This document shows positions 45,352-54,796 of a DNA stretch of 64,000 bases, piece after piece (position 1 is the first letter of the stretch; every line of letters begins with the position of its first letter). Source of the DNA: Solirubrobacterales bacterium (GTDB lineage Bacteria > Bacillota > Syntrophomonadia > Syntrophomonadales > DTU052). The notes under the pieces are model-generated. The model saw only the letters and a list, made by a program, of their open reading frames with translations, made no database searches and had not been told where the DNA came from. Where the stretch lies: contig JBLMZI010000011.1 in NCBI GenBank assembly GCA_050258755.1, forward strand, positions 198,751 to 262,750, read 5' to 3'. Both the position numbers and the translations under genes were made by a program.

Positions 45352-46335
45352 TTATTTGCGTTCCGGTGAAAACGTGACGAGAATCTTGCCGGTGACTGGC
45401 CGTATCGCATGTTGAAACGCCTCTTCGAACCGGCTGAATGGATAGATTTGCTCAATCAGCGGGGTTGGATCGACCTTTCGAGCCTGCAGGTAGTCCAGGG
45501 CTTCCACCATGTTGCCGCAGCGGGAGCCAATGATGGTTATCTCGTCGACGACCACCCGGTTGAGATCGATCTGACTGAGCTGGTGGGAGGTGGTCTTCAC
45601 CACCAGCGTGCCGCGCGGGCGGACCGCCTCCAGCGCACTCTGCACGCCGGTGGGGCTTCCGGTCGCTTCAATGACCAGATCGTACCGCGAGGTCATGGAC
45701 CCGGACCGCTTGCCCACGATTTCCAGGGTGTCGAGCCCGACATTGGCGGCGGACGCAAGGTGCTTTGGATTCCGCCCGGCCAGCGTCAGTTCATCGGTAA
45801 AGTGGCGCAGGACCAGCGCGCTCAGCAGCCCGAGTTTGCCGTCCCCGAGCACCAGTGTGCGGGTTTCTTTTTTAATCGGAACCTGATGCGTGATTTCCAG
45901 CGCGGCTGCAAGCGGTTCGGCGAATACGGCGATTTGATCGGGTACCTCGTCAGGAACCAGGTGGAGATTGCGCAGCGGCGCCAGCACGTATTCCGCAAAA
46001 GCGCCGTCCCAGTCATGAATGCCCAGCGCTTTGCGGGACGGACAATGCTCGCTGCCGATGGATAAGCAGGTTTCGCAGGTACCGCACCCCCGGTTAATCG
46101 CGATCACCACCCGCCGGCCCACCAGCATCGGATAATCGTCAGCCTGCTCGACCCGGCCCACCAGTTCATGTCCGGCAATCCCGGCAAAGTCGTAGTAGCC
46201 CTGATACAGCTCCAGATCAGTGTTGCAAATCCCGGAAATGACCGTTTTCACCAGGGCCTCTCCCGGTCTCGGGACCGGGATCGGGACTTCGATTATCTCC
46301 AGCGTTTGGTTCTCAAACCGAACCGCTTTCATCAT
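45352..46335 (-). CDS. Zinc-dependent medium-chain alcohol/polyol dehydrogenase family protein
   Basis: GICNTDLE, GHELVGRV, CGTCETC (structural zinc) and a GDGKLG Rossmann motif. Confidence 0.88.
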   Translation of the reverse strand: MMKAVRFENQTLEIIEVPIPVPRPGEALVKTVISGICNTDLELYQGYYDFAGIAGHELVGRVEQADDYPMLVGRRVVIAINRGCGTCETCLSIGSEHCPSRKALGIHDWDGAFAEYVLAPLRNLHLVPDEVPDQIAVFAEPLAAALEITHQVPIKKETRTLVLGDGKLGLLSALVLRHFTDELTLAGRNPKHLASAANVGLDTLEIVGKRSGSMTSRYDLVIEATGSPTGVQSALEAVRPRGTLVVKTTSHQLSQIDLNRVVVDEITIIGSRCGNMVEALDYLQARKVDPTPLIEQIYPFSRFEEAFQHAIRPVTGKILVTFSPERK

Positions 46336-46525
46336 CGGCTTTCAGCACCTCGTTCATCATGATGCCGGACCCGGTTTCCCCAGGTCCTTTGTCTCATTGT
46401 ACCCCGGTGTGTGGAAAGAAAATAGGGTCAGTTCTTCCAGCAAATGCGGGCAGGGCTTCTAAACGACACAGCAGCATGGGATACTGAATGGATAAAAGGA
46501 ATATGCATCCATCGAGGTGGTATTT

Positions 46526-47098
46526 ATGAAAAAACAATCAAACCGATTTCGGTTCAGCGGCAGTCGGGGCGTGGTGGCCGGAATACTCATCGGGATGGTC
46601 TTTCTGATGCCAGGATGTCACGGCGCCGAAAAGAAAATCGGCGCCAATCCGGTAAAGAAGGCCGAGTCAGGAGAAAGAGCGCAGCAGCAAACGGTTCAGC
46701 TGTATTTTGCGGACGCCGAAGCCACGGCCTTGGTTGCGGAACCGCGCCGGCTTCAAGCCAGTGAGGCGGAACTGCCAAAAGCCATCGTTGAGGCGTTGGT
46801 TCAGGGCCCCAAACGGCCGGGATCATTTCCGACCATTCCGCCAGGCACGAAAGTAAATCGCGTTTCTGTCGCTGGTGGGACCGCCGCGGTTGATTTCTCG
46901 AACGCCATCCGAACCGCGGGCTGGGGCGGATCAGCCGGGGAAGGACTTCTGGTGTATTCTGTGGTGCAAAGCCTGACGCAGCTGCCGGGGATCGAACGGG
47001 TCCAGTTTCTCATCGACGGGAAAACGGTTGAAACCTTCTGGGGGCACATGGATACAACACAGCCGTTTCTGCCAATGCCGGACCAGGTCCGCGAATAG
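46526..47098 (+). CDS. GerMN domain protein (sporulation/germination-associated), probable lipoprotein
   Basis: Signal peptide ending in PGC, then the GerMN pattern VQLYF...ALVQGP...TKVNRVSVAGGTAAVDFS...SLTQLPGIERVQFLIDG. Confidence 0.8.
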   Translation: MKKQSNRFRFSGSRGVVAGILIGMVFLMPGCHGAEKKIGANPVKKAESGERAQQQTVQLYFADAEATALVAEPRRLQASEAELPKAIVEALVQGPKRPGSFPTIPPGTKVNRVSVAGGTAAVDFSNAIRTAGWGGSAGEGLLVYSVVQSLTQLPGIERVQFLIDGKTVETFWGHMDTTQPFLPMPDQVRE

Positions 47099-47195
47099 CG
47101 CTTAAGGAACAAGAAAGGCCGAAGCAAGCGGGAAGCATTATGGTATTCTGGAAATACACGGGTTTATCCTTCGGCGTCGTTGGAGGTTATGATTC

Positions 47196-49316
47196 ATGAA
47201 AATTAAAAACTACATGACCAGAAATCCGATAACGCTGCGCCCGAGCCGTTCGCTGGCCGAGGCAGCTTCCTTGTTTCTCGACCACAAAATCGACGGTGCG
47301 CCGGTGGTGGAACAGGGGGCACTGGTCGGTTTGTTCACGAAGACGCATCTGATCCGGGCCCTGGCGATGCGGGTCGACCCGGACAAAGCGCAGGTCGGCG
47401 AATTTATGAGCCGCAACGTAAAGACGGTTTCTCCCGAGGACGGAATTTGGGATATCGACATCCTGTACACCGGGCGCTACCCGGTTGTGGATGACGGGCA
47501 GTTGATCGGCTTTATCACCAAATCGGACATCATGGTGGCTTTGAACCAGATTGTCGGGGATGTCACCGGCCAGCTAAACACCGTGATCGACTCGGCGTAT
47601 AACCCGATTATTGCGATCGACCGGCAGGGCTTGATCCGGATCTGGAACAATGCCGCTGCCAAACTGACCGGCGTGTCCGACGAGAAAGTCCTCGGCCGGT
47701 TTATTAATGATGTGATTCCCAGCAGCGGACTGTTTAACGTCGTAAAAACCGGCAAACCGGAGTATGGGGTCCACCTTCGGATCGGTCTGGTCAACACCAT
47801 TACCAACCGGGCGCCAATCATCAAAAACGGCGAGATAACCGGTGCGGTTGCCGTGTTGTACGACCTTTCGGAACTGGAGAAGGTTTCGCAGGAACTTGAA
47901 TCAGTCAAGGCCTTAAACGCGGAGTTGGACGCGATCATCAACAATTCGTTCGACGGCCTGTATATTACGGACGGCAATGCCCGGACCCTGAGGATTAATC
48001 AGGCGGTGACCCGGATGACCGGCATCGGCCCGGACCAGGTACTCAACCGGACCATGGGCGAACTGGTCGAGGATGGAATCTTGTCCGGCTCGGGGACGCT
48101 CCTGGCACTGGAAAGCCGCAGACCGGAAACGACCATTCTGACCACCAATACCGGGGCGACCCTGCTGGTCAGTTCCACGCCGGTCTTTGATGAAAACGGC
48201 GACGTCTTTCGGGTGGTTACCAGCGTTCGCGATATCAGCGAACTGAATATGCTCAAACAGCAATTGGAACAGATGGAAGGGTTAAAAGACCATTTCGAAT
48301 TCCAGATGAAACAAATGCGGCTCCGGGATTCCGGGGAACTGGTTTTCAAAAACGCCGAAATGGAGCGGATCGTTTTCCAGGCCATGAAGATTGCCGAAGT
48401 GGATTCCACCGTCCTGATCACCGGCGAATCCGGGGTCGGCAAAGAGGTCATTGCGGAACTGGTTCAAAGTAACAGCCGGCGTAAGAAAGGGCCGTTTGTT
48501 AAGGTTAACTGCGCGGCGATTCCAGAGAATCTGATGGAGTCCGAGCTGTTTGGCTACGACGCCGGGGCGTTTACCGGTGCCAAACGGGAAGGCAAACCTG
48601 GACTGTTCGAGGTGGCGAACAATGGGACGCTGGTGTTTGATGAAATTGGCGATATTCCAATGCACCTGCAGGTAAAGATGCTGCGCGCGATTCAGGAAAG
48701 GGAAATATTACGGGTCGGGGGCACCAAACCGATCCGGGTGGATGTCCGGATTATCGCGATTACCAACCGGGACCTGGAGGAAATGGTGCGCCGGGACGAA
48801 TTCCGGGAAGACCTGTTCTACCGATTGAATGTGGTGCCAATTCATGTCCCGCCGCTGCGCGACCGGAAAGAGGATATTCCGCTGCTGGTTCGTCATTTCC
48901 TCGACAAGTTCAACCGCCGGTATGACCTGAAGAAGACCATATCTGCGGAGGTCGTTGATCTTTTGACCAAGCATTCGTACCCGGGCAACATTCGCCAGCT
49001 GGAGAACCTGATTGAGCGCTTGGTGGTGACCAGTACCAGCGGCACGATTGGGGTTTCCGAACTGCCGCGCGGCTTCGGCAAGGGTGACGAACCGGAAATT
49101 CGCAGTGGGGTGCGCCCGGTGGAACTGAACCAGATTCTGCCCTTGAAAGCGGCGGTGGAGAATGTTGAACGAATGCTTCTGGAGCGGGCGTTCAGCGTGG
49201 TTGATTCGTGCCATAAGGCTGCGGATCTGTTGAAAGTCGATGCATCGACCGTGTCACGGAAAGCAAATAAATATGGGATCCGGATTCCGATGAATGACCG
49301 GGGACCGTCTGTATAA
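47196..49316 (+). CDS. Sigma-54-dependent transcriptional activator (CBS pair, PAS domains, AAA+, Fis-type HTH)
   Basis: Two CBS motifs at the N-terminus, PAS segments, GESGVGKE Walker A, ESELFGY, the GAFTGA sigma-54 contact loop, and a C-terminal HTH. Confidence 0.92.
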   Translation: MKIKNYMTRNPITLRPSRSLAEAASLFLDHKIDGAPVVEQGALVGLFTKTHLIRALAMRVDPDKAQVGEFMSRNVKTVSPEDGIWDIDILYTGRYPVVDDGQLIGFITKSDIMVALNQIVGDVTGQLNTVIDSAYNPIIAIDRQGLIRIWNNAAAKLTGVSDEKVLGRFINDVIPSSGLFNVVKTGKPEYGVHLRIGLVNTITNRAPIIKNGEITGAVAVLYDLSELEKVSQELESVKALNAELDAIINNSFDGLYITDGNARTLRINQAVTRMTGIGPDQVLNRTMGELVEDGILSGSGTLLALESRRPETTILTTNTGATLLVSSTPVFDENGDVFRVVTSVRDISELNMLKQQLEQMEGLKDHFEFQMKQMRLRDSGELVFKNAEMERIVFQAMKIAEVDSTVLITGESGVGKEVIAELVQSNSRRKKGPFVKVNCAAIPENLMESELFGYDAGAFTGAKREGKPGLFEVANNGTLVFDEIGDIPMHLQVKMLRAIQEREILRVGGTKPIRVDVRIIAITNRDLEEMVRRDEFREDLFYRLNVVPIHVPPLRDRKEDIPLLVRHFLDKFNRRYDLKKTISAEVVDLLTKHSYPGNIRQLENLIERLVVTSTSGTIGVSELPRGFGKGDEPEIRSGVRPVELNQILPLKAAVENVERMLLERAFSVVDSCHKAADLLKVDASTVSRKANKYGIRIPMNDRGPSV

Positions 49317-49325
49317 GCATCCTTG

Positions 49326-49415
49326 TTGCAAGATTGCATTTTGCCATTGCAGTATTGCAACGGCAGTTTCGAAAAGGCTGAAAATTTAGGCAAATAGACC
49401 ATTGCAATATTGCAA
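49326..49415. promoter_or_regulatory. Three TTGCA-N4-TGCA(A/T) dyads, candidate enhancer (UAS) sites
   Basis: 49326-49339 reads TTGCAagatTGCAT. 49347-49360 reads TTGCAgtatTGCAA. 49402-49415 reads TTGCAatatTGCAA, a perfect palindrome. The flanks CCA...CGG are also repeated. Confidence 0.6.
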
Positions 49416-49430
49416 CGGTAGATGGGTTAA

Positions 49431-49470
49431 AAAGGGCGCCAGAAGGAAATGGCGCCCTTTTTCTGTTTCT
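49431..49470 (+). terminator. Rho-independent terminator between the UAS and the sigma-54 promoter
   Basis: AAAGGGCGCC-10 nt-GGCGCCCTTT followed by TTCTGTTTCT. Confidence 0.8.
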
Positions 49471-49543
49471 GCGGCACAGGCGGAAACCCTGGATTTGCCA
49501 GGAAAAGGGGCCGCGAAGTGTGCAAGGACCATCCCGGCACAGT

Positions 49544-49559
49544 TGGCACGCATCTTGCA
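49544..49559 (+). promoter_or_regulatory. Sigma-54 (-24/-12) promoter
   Basis: TGGCAC-gcatc-TTGCA is an exact match to the TGGCAC-N5-TTGC(A/T) consensus, about 60 nt upstream of the ATG at 49621. Confidence 0.85.
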
Positions 49560-49620
49560 ATTATAAAAAGATAAAGGCGGTTTGCCCGTTTGCGGGCAGA
49601 AAAATAAGGAGGAAAGCGCG

Positions 49621-50967
49621 ATGAAATTTCAGAACGAATATGCAAAAAAACTGGTAAGTGCTGAGGATGCTGTGAAGGTGGTCCGTTCCGGGGATCTGGT
49701 TCACTACGGAGAATTCATGATGAATTCGCACGTCCTGGATGCTGCCCTGGCCGCGCGCAAGGAAGAGTTAAAAAACGTGGACGTCCGTTCCGTTTGCTGC
49801 CCATTTGTGCCGAAAGTGGTTCAAGTAGATCCGTCCCGGCGCCATTTCATCTACAATGACTGGCATTTCAGCACCGCCAGCCGCCGGATTCACGACGAGA
49901 ACCTGTGCAACTACATTTCGCTCGTCTACCATGAAGGCCCGACTTTCTTCGCCCGGGGCTATGTCAAGCCCGATGTTGCGATGATCAAGGTCGGCCCGAT
50001 GGATGCGAAAGGATTCTTTAACCTTGGAACCAGCAATTCCATTTCACTGGCGATGTGTCAGGCTTCGAAAGTGGTGATTGCTGAAGTCAATCACTCGATT
50101 CCGAAATGTCTCGGCGGGGCCAACGAGGTGATTCATATTTCCCAGATCGACTTTCTGGTCGAAGGGGACCACAGACCGCTGATCGAACTGCCAACCATTC
50201 CTTTAGGCGATGTGGACCGAAAAATTGCGCAACACGTCATGAACGAGCTGACCGACCGGGCTTGCCTGCAGCTCGGTATTGGTGCCATGCCGAACGCGGT
50301 CGGTCAGATGATCGCTGAATCGGATCTCAAAGATCTCGGGGTTCACACTGAAATGCTGGTCGATTCGTTCGTCGATATGTACGACAACGGAAGAATTACG
50401 GGGAAATACAAGAACATTGACGTTGGGCGGATCGTATACACCTTTGCGATGGGCTCCAAGAAGCTGTACGACTTTCTGGACAACAATCCGGTCTGCTCAA
50501 GCTATCCCGTCGATTACACCAATGATCCCTTCCGCATTGCGCAAAATGACAATGTGATCGCGATCAACAATGCAATCGAGGTCGATCTTTACGGGCAGGT
50601 TTGTTCCGAGTCATCCGGCATTCGGCAGATCTCCGGGACCGGCGGCCAATTCGACTTCATCTTCGGAGCGTATCGCTCCAAGGGCGGCAAGGGCCTAATC
50701 TGCCTGAAATCAGCCAACATGGGCAAGGACGGCAAATTGAAATCGCGGATTGTCCCAGTGCTCCCGCCGGGCGCAACCGTAACCATTCCGCGCAGTATTA
50801 CGTCATATGTGGTTACCGAATACGGGGTAGCGATGCTGAAGGCTAAATCGACATGGCAACGGGCGGAGGCCCTGATCGGTATTGCCCACCCTGATCTGCG
50901 GGAGGACCTGATCCGGATGGCGGAAAGCCAGAAGATATGGGTAAGAAGCAATAAGATTGCGGTGTAG
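49621..50967 (+). CDS. Acetyl-CoA hydrolase/transferase family protein (butyryl-CoA:acetate / 4-hydroxybutyrate CoA-transferase-like)
   Basis: 448 aa. N-terminus KLVSAEDAVKVVRSGDLV, and central and C-terminal EVN...GIGAMPNAV...SGTGGQFDF motifs of the family. AGGAGG SD. Confidence 0.85.
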   Translation: MKFQNEYAKKLVSAEDAVKVVRSGDLVHYGEFMMNSHVLDAALAARKEELKNVDVRSVCCPFVPKVVQVDPSRRHFIYNDWHFSTASRRIHDENLCNYISLVYHEGPTFFARGYVKPDVAMIKVGPMDAKGFFNLGTSNSISLAMCQASKVVIAEVNHSIPKCLGGANEVIHISQIDFLVEGDHRPLIELPTIPLGDVDRKIAQHVMNELTDRACLQLGIGAMPNAVGQMIAESDLKDLGVHTEMLVDSFVDMYDNGRITGKYKNIDVGRIVYTFAMGSKKLYDFLDNNPVCSSYPVDYTNDPFRIAQNDNVIAINNAIEVDLYGQVCSESSGIRQISGTGGQFDFIFGAYRSKGGKGLICLKSANMGKDGKLKSRIVPVLPPGATVTIPRSITSYVVTEYGVAMLKAKSTWQRAEALIGIAHPDLREDLIRMAESQKIWVRSNKIAV

Positions 50968-50993
50968 CCAACCGCTTTTCAAGCCAAACTTTC

Positions 50994-51040
50994 GGCCGGG
51001 GGAACATTTTGTTCATGCGACACCCCGGCCTCTTTTTTTT
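50994..51040 (+). terminator. Rho-independent terminator
   Basis: GGCCGGGG...CCCCGGCC followed by TCTTTTTTTT. The T tract overlaps the stop of the convergent LysR gene. Confidence 0.75.
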
Positions 51041-51947
51041 ACCGAACCGCGGCCAGGGACGGTTTGGCGCCGAAGTAATCCTCCACGAAATCGAGCAGGG
51101 ATTTTAAGGTCGGGGATACCCATTTGCCGCGGTGATAAACCAATTGGGTCCGCATATCAAAAGCGGTGCCTTTCCAGGTCAGCTGGGCCAGTTTCCCCTG
51201 AGCCAGCTCTTTTTCCACGGCGGCACGGGGCAGCAGAGCGATGCCCATTCCGCTCATGACAAACTGCTTGATGGCTTCCACGCTTTCGAACTCAAGGGTC
51301 GAGGCAGGCTGTACGCCCGCTTCTGCAAGCTGGGCCTCCAACTGGGCGCGATAACTGCACCCGCGCTCCGTAAAAATCACACATTCGTGCGCAACGTCCG
51401 CGGCTTCAATGAGACTGGATGATGCCAGGCGGTGGTCTTTTTCACAGATGATGACCATCGGTTCCACCAGCAGTTCCCGGACCACTAAGTCCGGGTCTTC
51501 CACCTTGCGGTCGAGGAAAAAAGAGATATCAATGGTGTTGTCCCGGAGCCAGCGCCGAAAATCGATTGGCGTTCCAAGTTTTAAAATCAATTTAACCTGG
51601 GGATGCTGCCGGCGGTATTCCCGGAAGAGGTCCGGCAAACGGAACACGCAGAGGGATTCCGGAACGCCAATATTGATGGTGCCGTTCGGTTCTCCGCCGC
51701 TGATCGACTCTTTCGCTTCGCCCGCCAGCTTCAGAATTCGCTCCGAGTAACTCAAAAGCCGTTCGCCTTCAAGGGTTAATGCGATGCGGCGGCCAAGCCG
51801 TTCGAACAGGCGAACGCCAAGTTCGTCCTCCAAACAGCGAACCTGTGCGGTGATGTTTGACTGGGCGTAACCAAGCGCCTCGGCTGCGCGGGTAAAGCTC
51901 TGCAAATCGGCTACGGCGGCAAAAATCCTCAACTGACGCAGTTCCAT
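51039..51947 (-). CDS. LysR family transcriptional regulator
   Basis: MELRQLRIFAAVADLQSFTRAAEALGYAQSNITAQVRCLE is a winged HTH. The start was trimmed to the ATG after GGAGGG. It is divergent from the EamA transporter. Confidence 0.9.
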   Translation of the reverse strand: MELRQLRIFAAVADLQSFTRAAEALGYAQSNITAQVRCLEDELGVRLFERLGRRIALTLEGERLLSYSERILKLAGEAKESISGGEPNGTINIGVPESLCVFRLPDLFREYRRQHPQVKLILKLGTPIDFRRWLRDNTIDISFFLDRKVEDPDLVVRELLVEPMVIICEKDHRLASSSLIEAADVAHECVIFTERGCSYRAQLEAQLAEAGVQPASTLEFESVEAIKQFVMSGMGIALLPRAAVEKELAQGKLAQLTWKGTAFDMRTQLVYHRGKWVSPTLKSLLDFVEDYFGAKPSLAAVR

Positions 51948-51975
51948 GGCAAACCCTCCAGATAAATCAATTGAC

Positions 51976-51992
51976 TTGATGGTAAAAATCAA
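51976..51992. promoter_or_regulatory. Interrupted dyad in the LysR/EamA divergent region
   Basis: TTGAT-ggtaaaa-ATCAA. A second 10-bp inverted repeat, CATTTTCATT/AATGAAAATG, lies at 51999-52008 and 52029-52038. Confidence 0.35.
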
Positions 51993-52091
51993 ATCAATCA
52001 TTTTCATTTATACCACATTCAATGATACAATGAAAATGTTATGAAGTCTATCGGGGTAAATCCTTAGCCGCAGTTCGGGGAAAGGGGAAGT

Positions 52092-53030
52092 ATGTCGGAC
52101 AAACGTGTGTATGGATTGATGGTCTTAACCACCCTTTTTTGGGCTGGAGCGTTCATCGCCGGAAAGCTTTCGATTGCACAGTTTCCCCCCTTTGCCCTGA
52201 CCTTTTTTCGATTCCTGATTGCACTGGTTCCGGTATTCCTGATTCTGATCTGGCGCGAGCCGGGAAACTGGATGCCGCGCCGGCATGAATGGGCGGCTTA
52301 TGCCACGCTCGGCTTCATCGGGATTTTTATGTACCATGCCCTCTTTTTTACCTGCCTTCGGTACACGACGGCGGTGAATTCCTCGCTGATCGCTGCGACA
52401 AATCCCATGATGGTCATGCTGCTGGCGTTCCTGTTCATGAGAGAGCGGGTTACCGGCTGTAAAATAATTGGGTTGCTCCTGTCATTTGGCGGGGTTTTCC
52501 TGACTGTCACCAACGGAGACTGGGCTATTGTGTCCGGGCTTCGGTTCAATCCCGGCGATCTTTTGATGCTGGCGGCCGTGTTCTGCTGGGCCATCTACGG
52601 CATTTTAAGCCGCCGCATGATGGAGAAATACCGGATCAGTCCACTGAAGGTGACGGTGTATACGTTTTTGGTGTGTGTGTTGATTTCAGCGCCGCTGGCC
52701 TGGTGGGAAACCCCGAGTCTTGAATGGGGGGCCGGAAGCGATGGTTGGATGGCGGTCGTATACATGGCGATCTTTCCGTCCGTGCTCGGTTATCTGTTTA
52801 ACCTGATTGCGATTCAGCGGATCGGCGCGCCCCGCGCCGCGGTGTTTATCAATCTGGTACCAGTGTTTACGCTTGCACTCTCGGCGCTGGTGTTGGGCGA
52901 TGTTCCCGGGCCGCTAAAACTGGTCAGTGCGGCGATTATCATCGTCGGGGTTTATCTGGGCACCCGGCCTGACGCGCCGCTGGTGACCCCGATCAAACAA
53001 GCGGAGGAAAGCATGGCGGCCGCAAACTGA
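52092..53030 (+). CDS. DMT superfamily (EamA-type) transporter
   Basis: 312 aa with ten predicted TM helices in two EamA halves, following the typical LFWAGAFIAGK...and...NLVPVFT pattern. Confidence 0.85.
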   Translation: MSDKRVYGLMVLTTLFWAGAFIAGKLSIAQFPPFALTFFRFLIALVPVFLILIWREPGNWMPRRHEWAAYATLGFIGIFMYHALFFTCLRYTTAVNSSLIAATNPMMVMLLAFLFMRERVTGCKIIGLLLSFGGVFLTVTNGDWAIVSGLRFNPGDLLMLAAVFCWAIYGILSRRMMEKYRISPLKVTVYTFLVCVLISAPLAWWETPSLEWGAGSDGWMAVVYMAIFPSVLGYLFNLIAIQRIGAPRAAVFINLVPVFTLALSALVLGDVPGPLKLVSAAIIIVGVYLGTRPDAPLVTPIKQAEESMAAAN

Positions 53031-53101
53031 AGGCGAAAAGCTGAGATTTGGAGACGGACCAACACGATACACTCGCAAAACGTGAAACATAGGGGAAATA
53101 G

Positions 53102-53149
53102 AAAACCGGGCCTGCACTTTTCGCAAAGCGCTGGCCCGGTTTTTTATTT
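53102..53149. terminator. Bidirectional terminator between convergent genes
   Basis: AAAACCGGGCC...GGCCCGGTTTT with T-rich tracts on both strands. Confidence 0.75.
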
Positions 53150-53170
53150 ATGACGTTATTCGATTGTCGA

Positions 53171-54319
53171 TTATAGAAGGGATGCGATAATTAATTTCTG
53201 GATGTTGTCCGTGCCCTCGATGGTTGCCATGCCCCGGGCATCGCGGACCAGCTTGTCGACCGGATGACCAGCCATGTAACCGCCGGCGGCCACCAGATCG
53301 GCGGCCAGATCGGCCGAATCCCGGGCAACCCGGGTCGCGGCCAGTTTCGCCATGGAAGAAGCGGTGGTATAGTCCTGATCGCGATCGATCAGCCAGCAGG
53401 CCTTCCAGGTCATCAGCCGGGCCATCTCGATGTTGGTCGCGATCTCGGCGAGCGCGAAGGCTACGGATTGGTGCTGAATAATTTTTTTGCCGAAAGTCTG
53501 CCGGTTTCGGGCGTGCTCCAGAGCCATTTCGTAAGCGCTCCGGGCAATCCCAACCCCTGCGGCCCCGACCAGGGCGCGGCCCCGGTCAAAGGTTTGGGTT
53601 AGCAGCAGGTAACCGCTTCCTGCCCGGTCCCCGCCGATCACCTGATCAGGGGTTACCCGAACCCGATGAAAGGTTACGCGCGCGGTGTTGGCATATCGCA
53701 GTCCAACTTTACTCAGCACGGGGCCGACGGTCAGGCCGGGCGAATCAGCCGGAACAATGAAGGCGCGGATCGAGGCTTGTTCCCGCTGCGGACCGGCGGC
53801 GGTAAAGACCGAGAAAAAGCTTGCCACGCTGGCGTTTAGTATGTATTCCTTCGTACCGCTGATCAGATAGTCGGCGCCTTTTGGTATGGCCTGGGTTTGA
53901 ATTGAAAGCAGGTCAGAACCGGCCTGCGGTTCGGTCAGAGCAAAAGCAAGCAGTTTCGGGGAAGGCGTCGTCAGCAGTGGCAGATAGGCAGCTTTCTGGG
54001 CAGCTGTTCCTGCCAGCATAATCGGGCTGGCGGCATGGAGGTTGGCGGCAACGACCGCCGCGACGCCGGCACATCCGGCCCCAAGCTCCTCAATAATCAG
54101 CGCGGTGGTCAGGTGCCCCAGGCCGAGACCGCCATACTCTTTCGGGATCGTGGGACAGAGCAGATTGTGGCGTGCCAGCAGGTTCACCAGAGACCAGTCA
54201 AATGCCTGATCCCCTTTTTTGTCGAGAGCCAGCGCTTTCGGGGCAATTTCTTCTTGGGCCAGTTCCCGGACTAGATCCACCAGCTTCTTTTGTTCACGGG
54301 TCAAGTCCATGCTGATCAT
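53171..54319 (-). CDS. Acyl-CoA dehydrogenase
   Basis: 382 aa. LTEPQAGSD, the C-terminal ...GGYMAGHPVDKLVRDAR...EGT and overall ACAD layout. Confidence 0.9.
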   Translation of the reverse strand: MISMDLTREQKKLVDLVRELAQEEIAPKALALDKKGDQAFDWSLVNLLARHNLLCPTIPKEYGGLGLGHLTTALIIEELGAGCAGVAAVVAANLHAASPIMLAGTAAQKAAYLPLLTTPSPKLLAFALTEPQAGSDLLSIQTQAIPKGADYLISGTKEYILNASVASFFSVFTAAGPQREQASIRAFIVPADSPGLTVGPVLSKVGLRYANTARVTFHRVRVTPDQVIGGDRAGSGYLLLTQTFDRGRALVGAAGVGIARSAYEMALEHARNRQTFGKKIIQHQSVAFALAEIATNIEMARLMTWKACWLIDRDQDYTTASSMAKLAATRVARDSADLAADLVAAGGYMAGHPVDKLVRDARGMATIEGTDNIQKLIIASLL

Positions 54320-54334
54320 GCTTCGTTACGCCTC

Positions 54335-54673
54335 CTATCGGTTGCGGCGCCACCGCAGGTATTCAAGGAACACGGCTAGTTCCCGGCGCTCTTCGGAAGT
54401 CATGGTGCGCACCTCGTTGATCAGCCACTGCAGCTCGTTTTGATCACCCACCGGATTTTCCGGTTCGAGACGCGACTGCATAAAGTATTCGATCGGGCGT
54501 TCAAGCGCCTGTGACAACAGTTCGAGCTGGGACAGGTACAGCCGGCGCTTGCCCTTTTCATAGTTGGAAAGAGCCGACTGAGAACAGCCAATCAGCCGGG
54601 CCAACTGGTCCTGAGAAAGGCCGCGCTCTTCGCGTGCCTGTTGAATTTTGAGACCGATTTCCTTGAATTGCAT
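54335..54673 (-). CDS. XRE family helix-turn-helix transcriptional regulator with C-terminal extension
   Basis: GLKIQQAREERGLSQDQLARLIGCSQSALSNYEKGKR. It lies 15 nt upstream of the ACAD gene on the same strand. Confidence 0.85.
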   Translation of the reverse strand: MQFKEIGLKIQQAREERGLSQDQLARLIGCSQSALSNYEKGKRRLYLSQLELLSQALERPIEYFMQSRLEPENPVGDQNELQWLINEVRTMTSEERRELAVFLEYLRWRRNR

Positions 54674-54757
54674 CCGGAAACCTCCGAATCAGTAATGCGC
54701 CCCAAAACTCGATTACGGCCCGCCGTCTTTCGAATTATCCTGCGCGTCTTCACTTAA

Positions 54758-54786
54758 ATTCTAGAATACCGCAAATGGGTTTTCAA
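54758..54786 (-). promoter_or_regulatory. Sigma-70/SigA-type promoter for the XRE-ACAD pair
   Basis: On the minus strand: TTGAAA, a 17-nt spacer, then TAGAAT. It lies about 85 nt upstream of the XRE ATG. Confidence 0.5.
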
Positions 54787-54796
54787 TGTGATTCGG

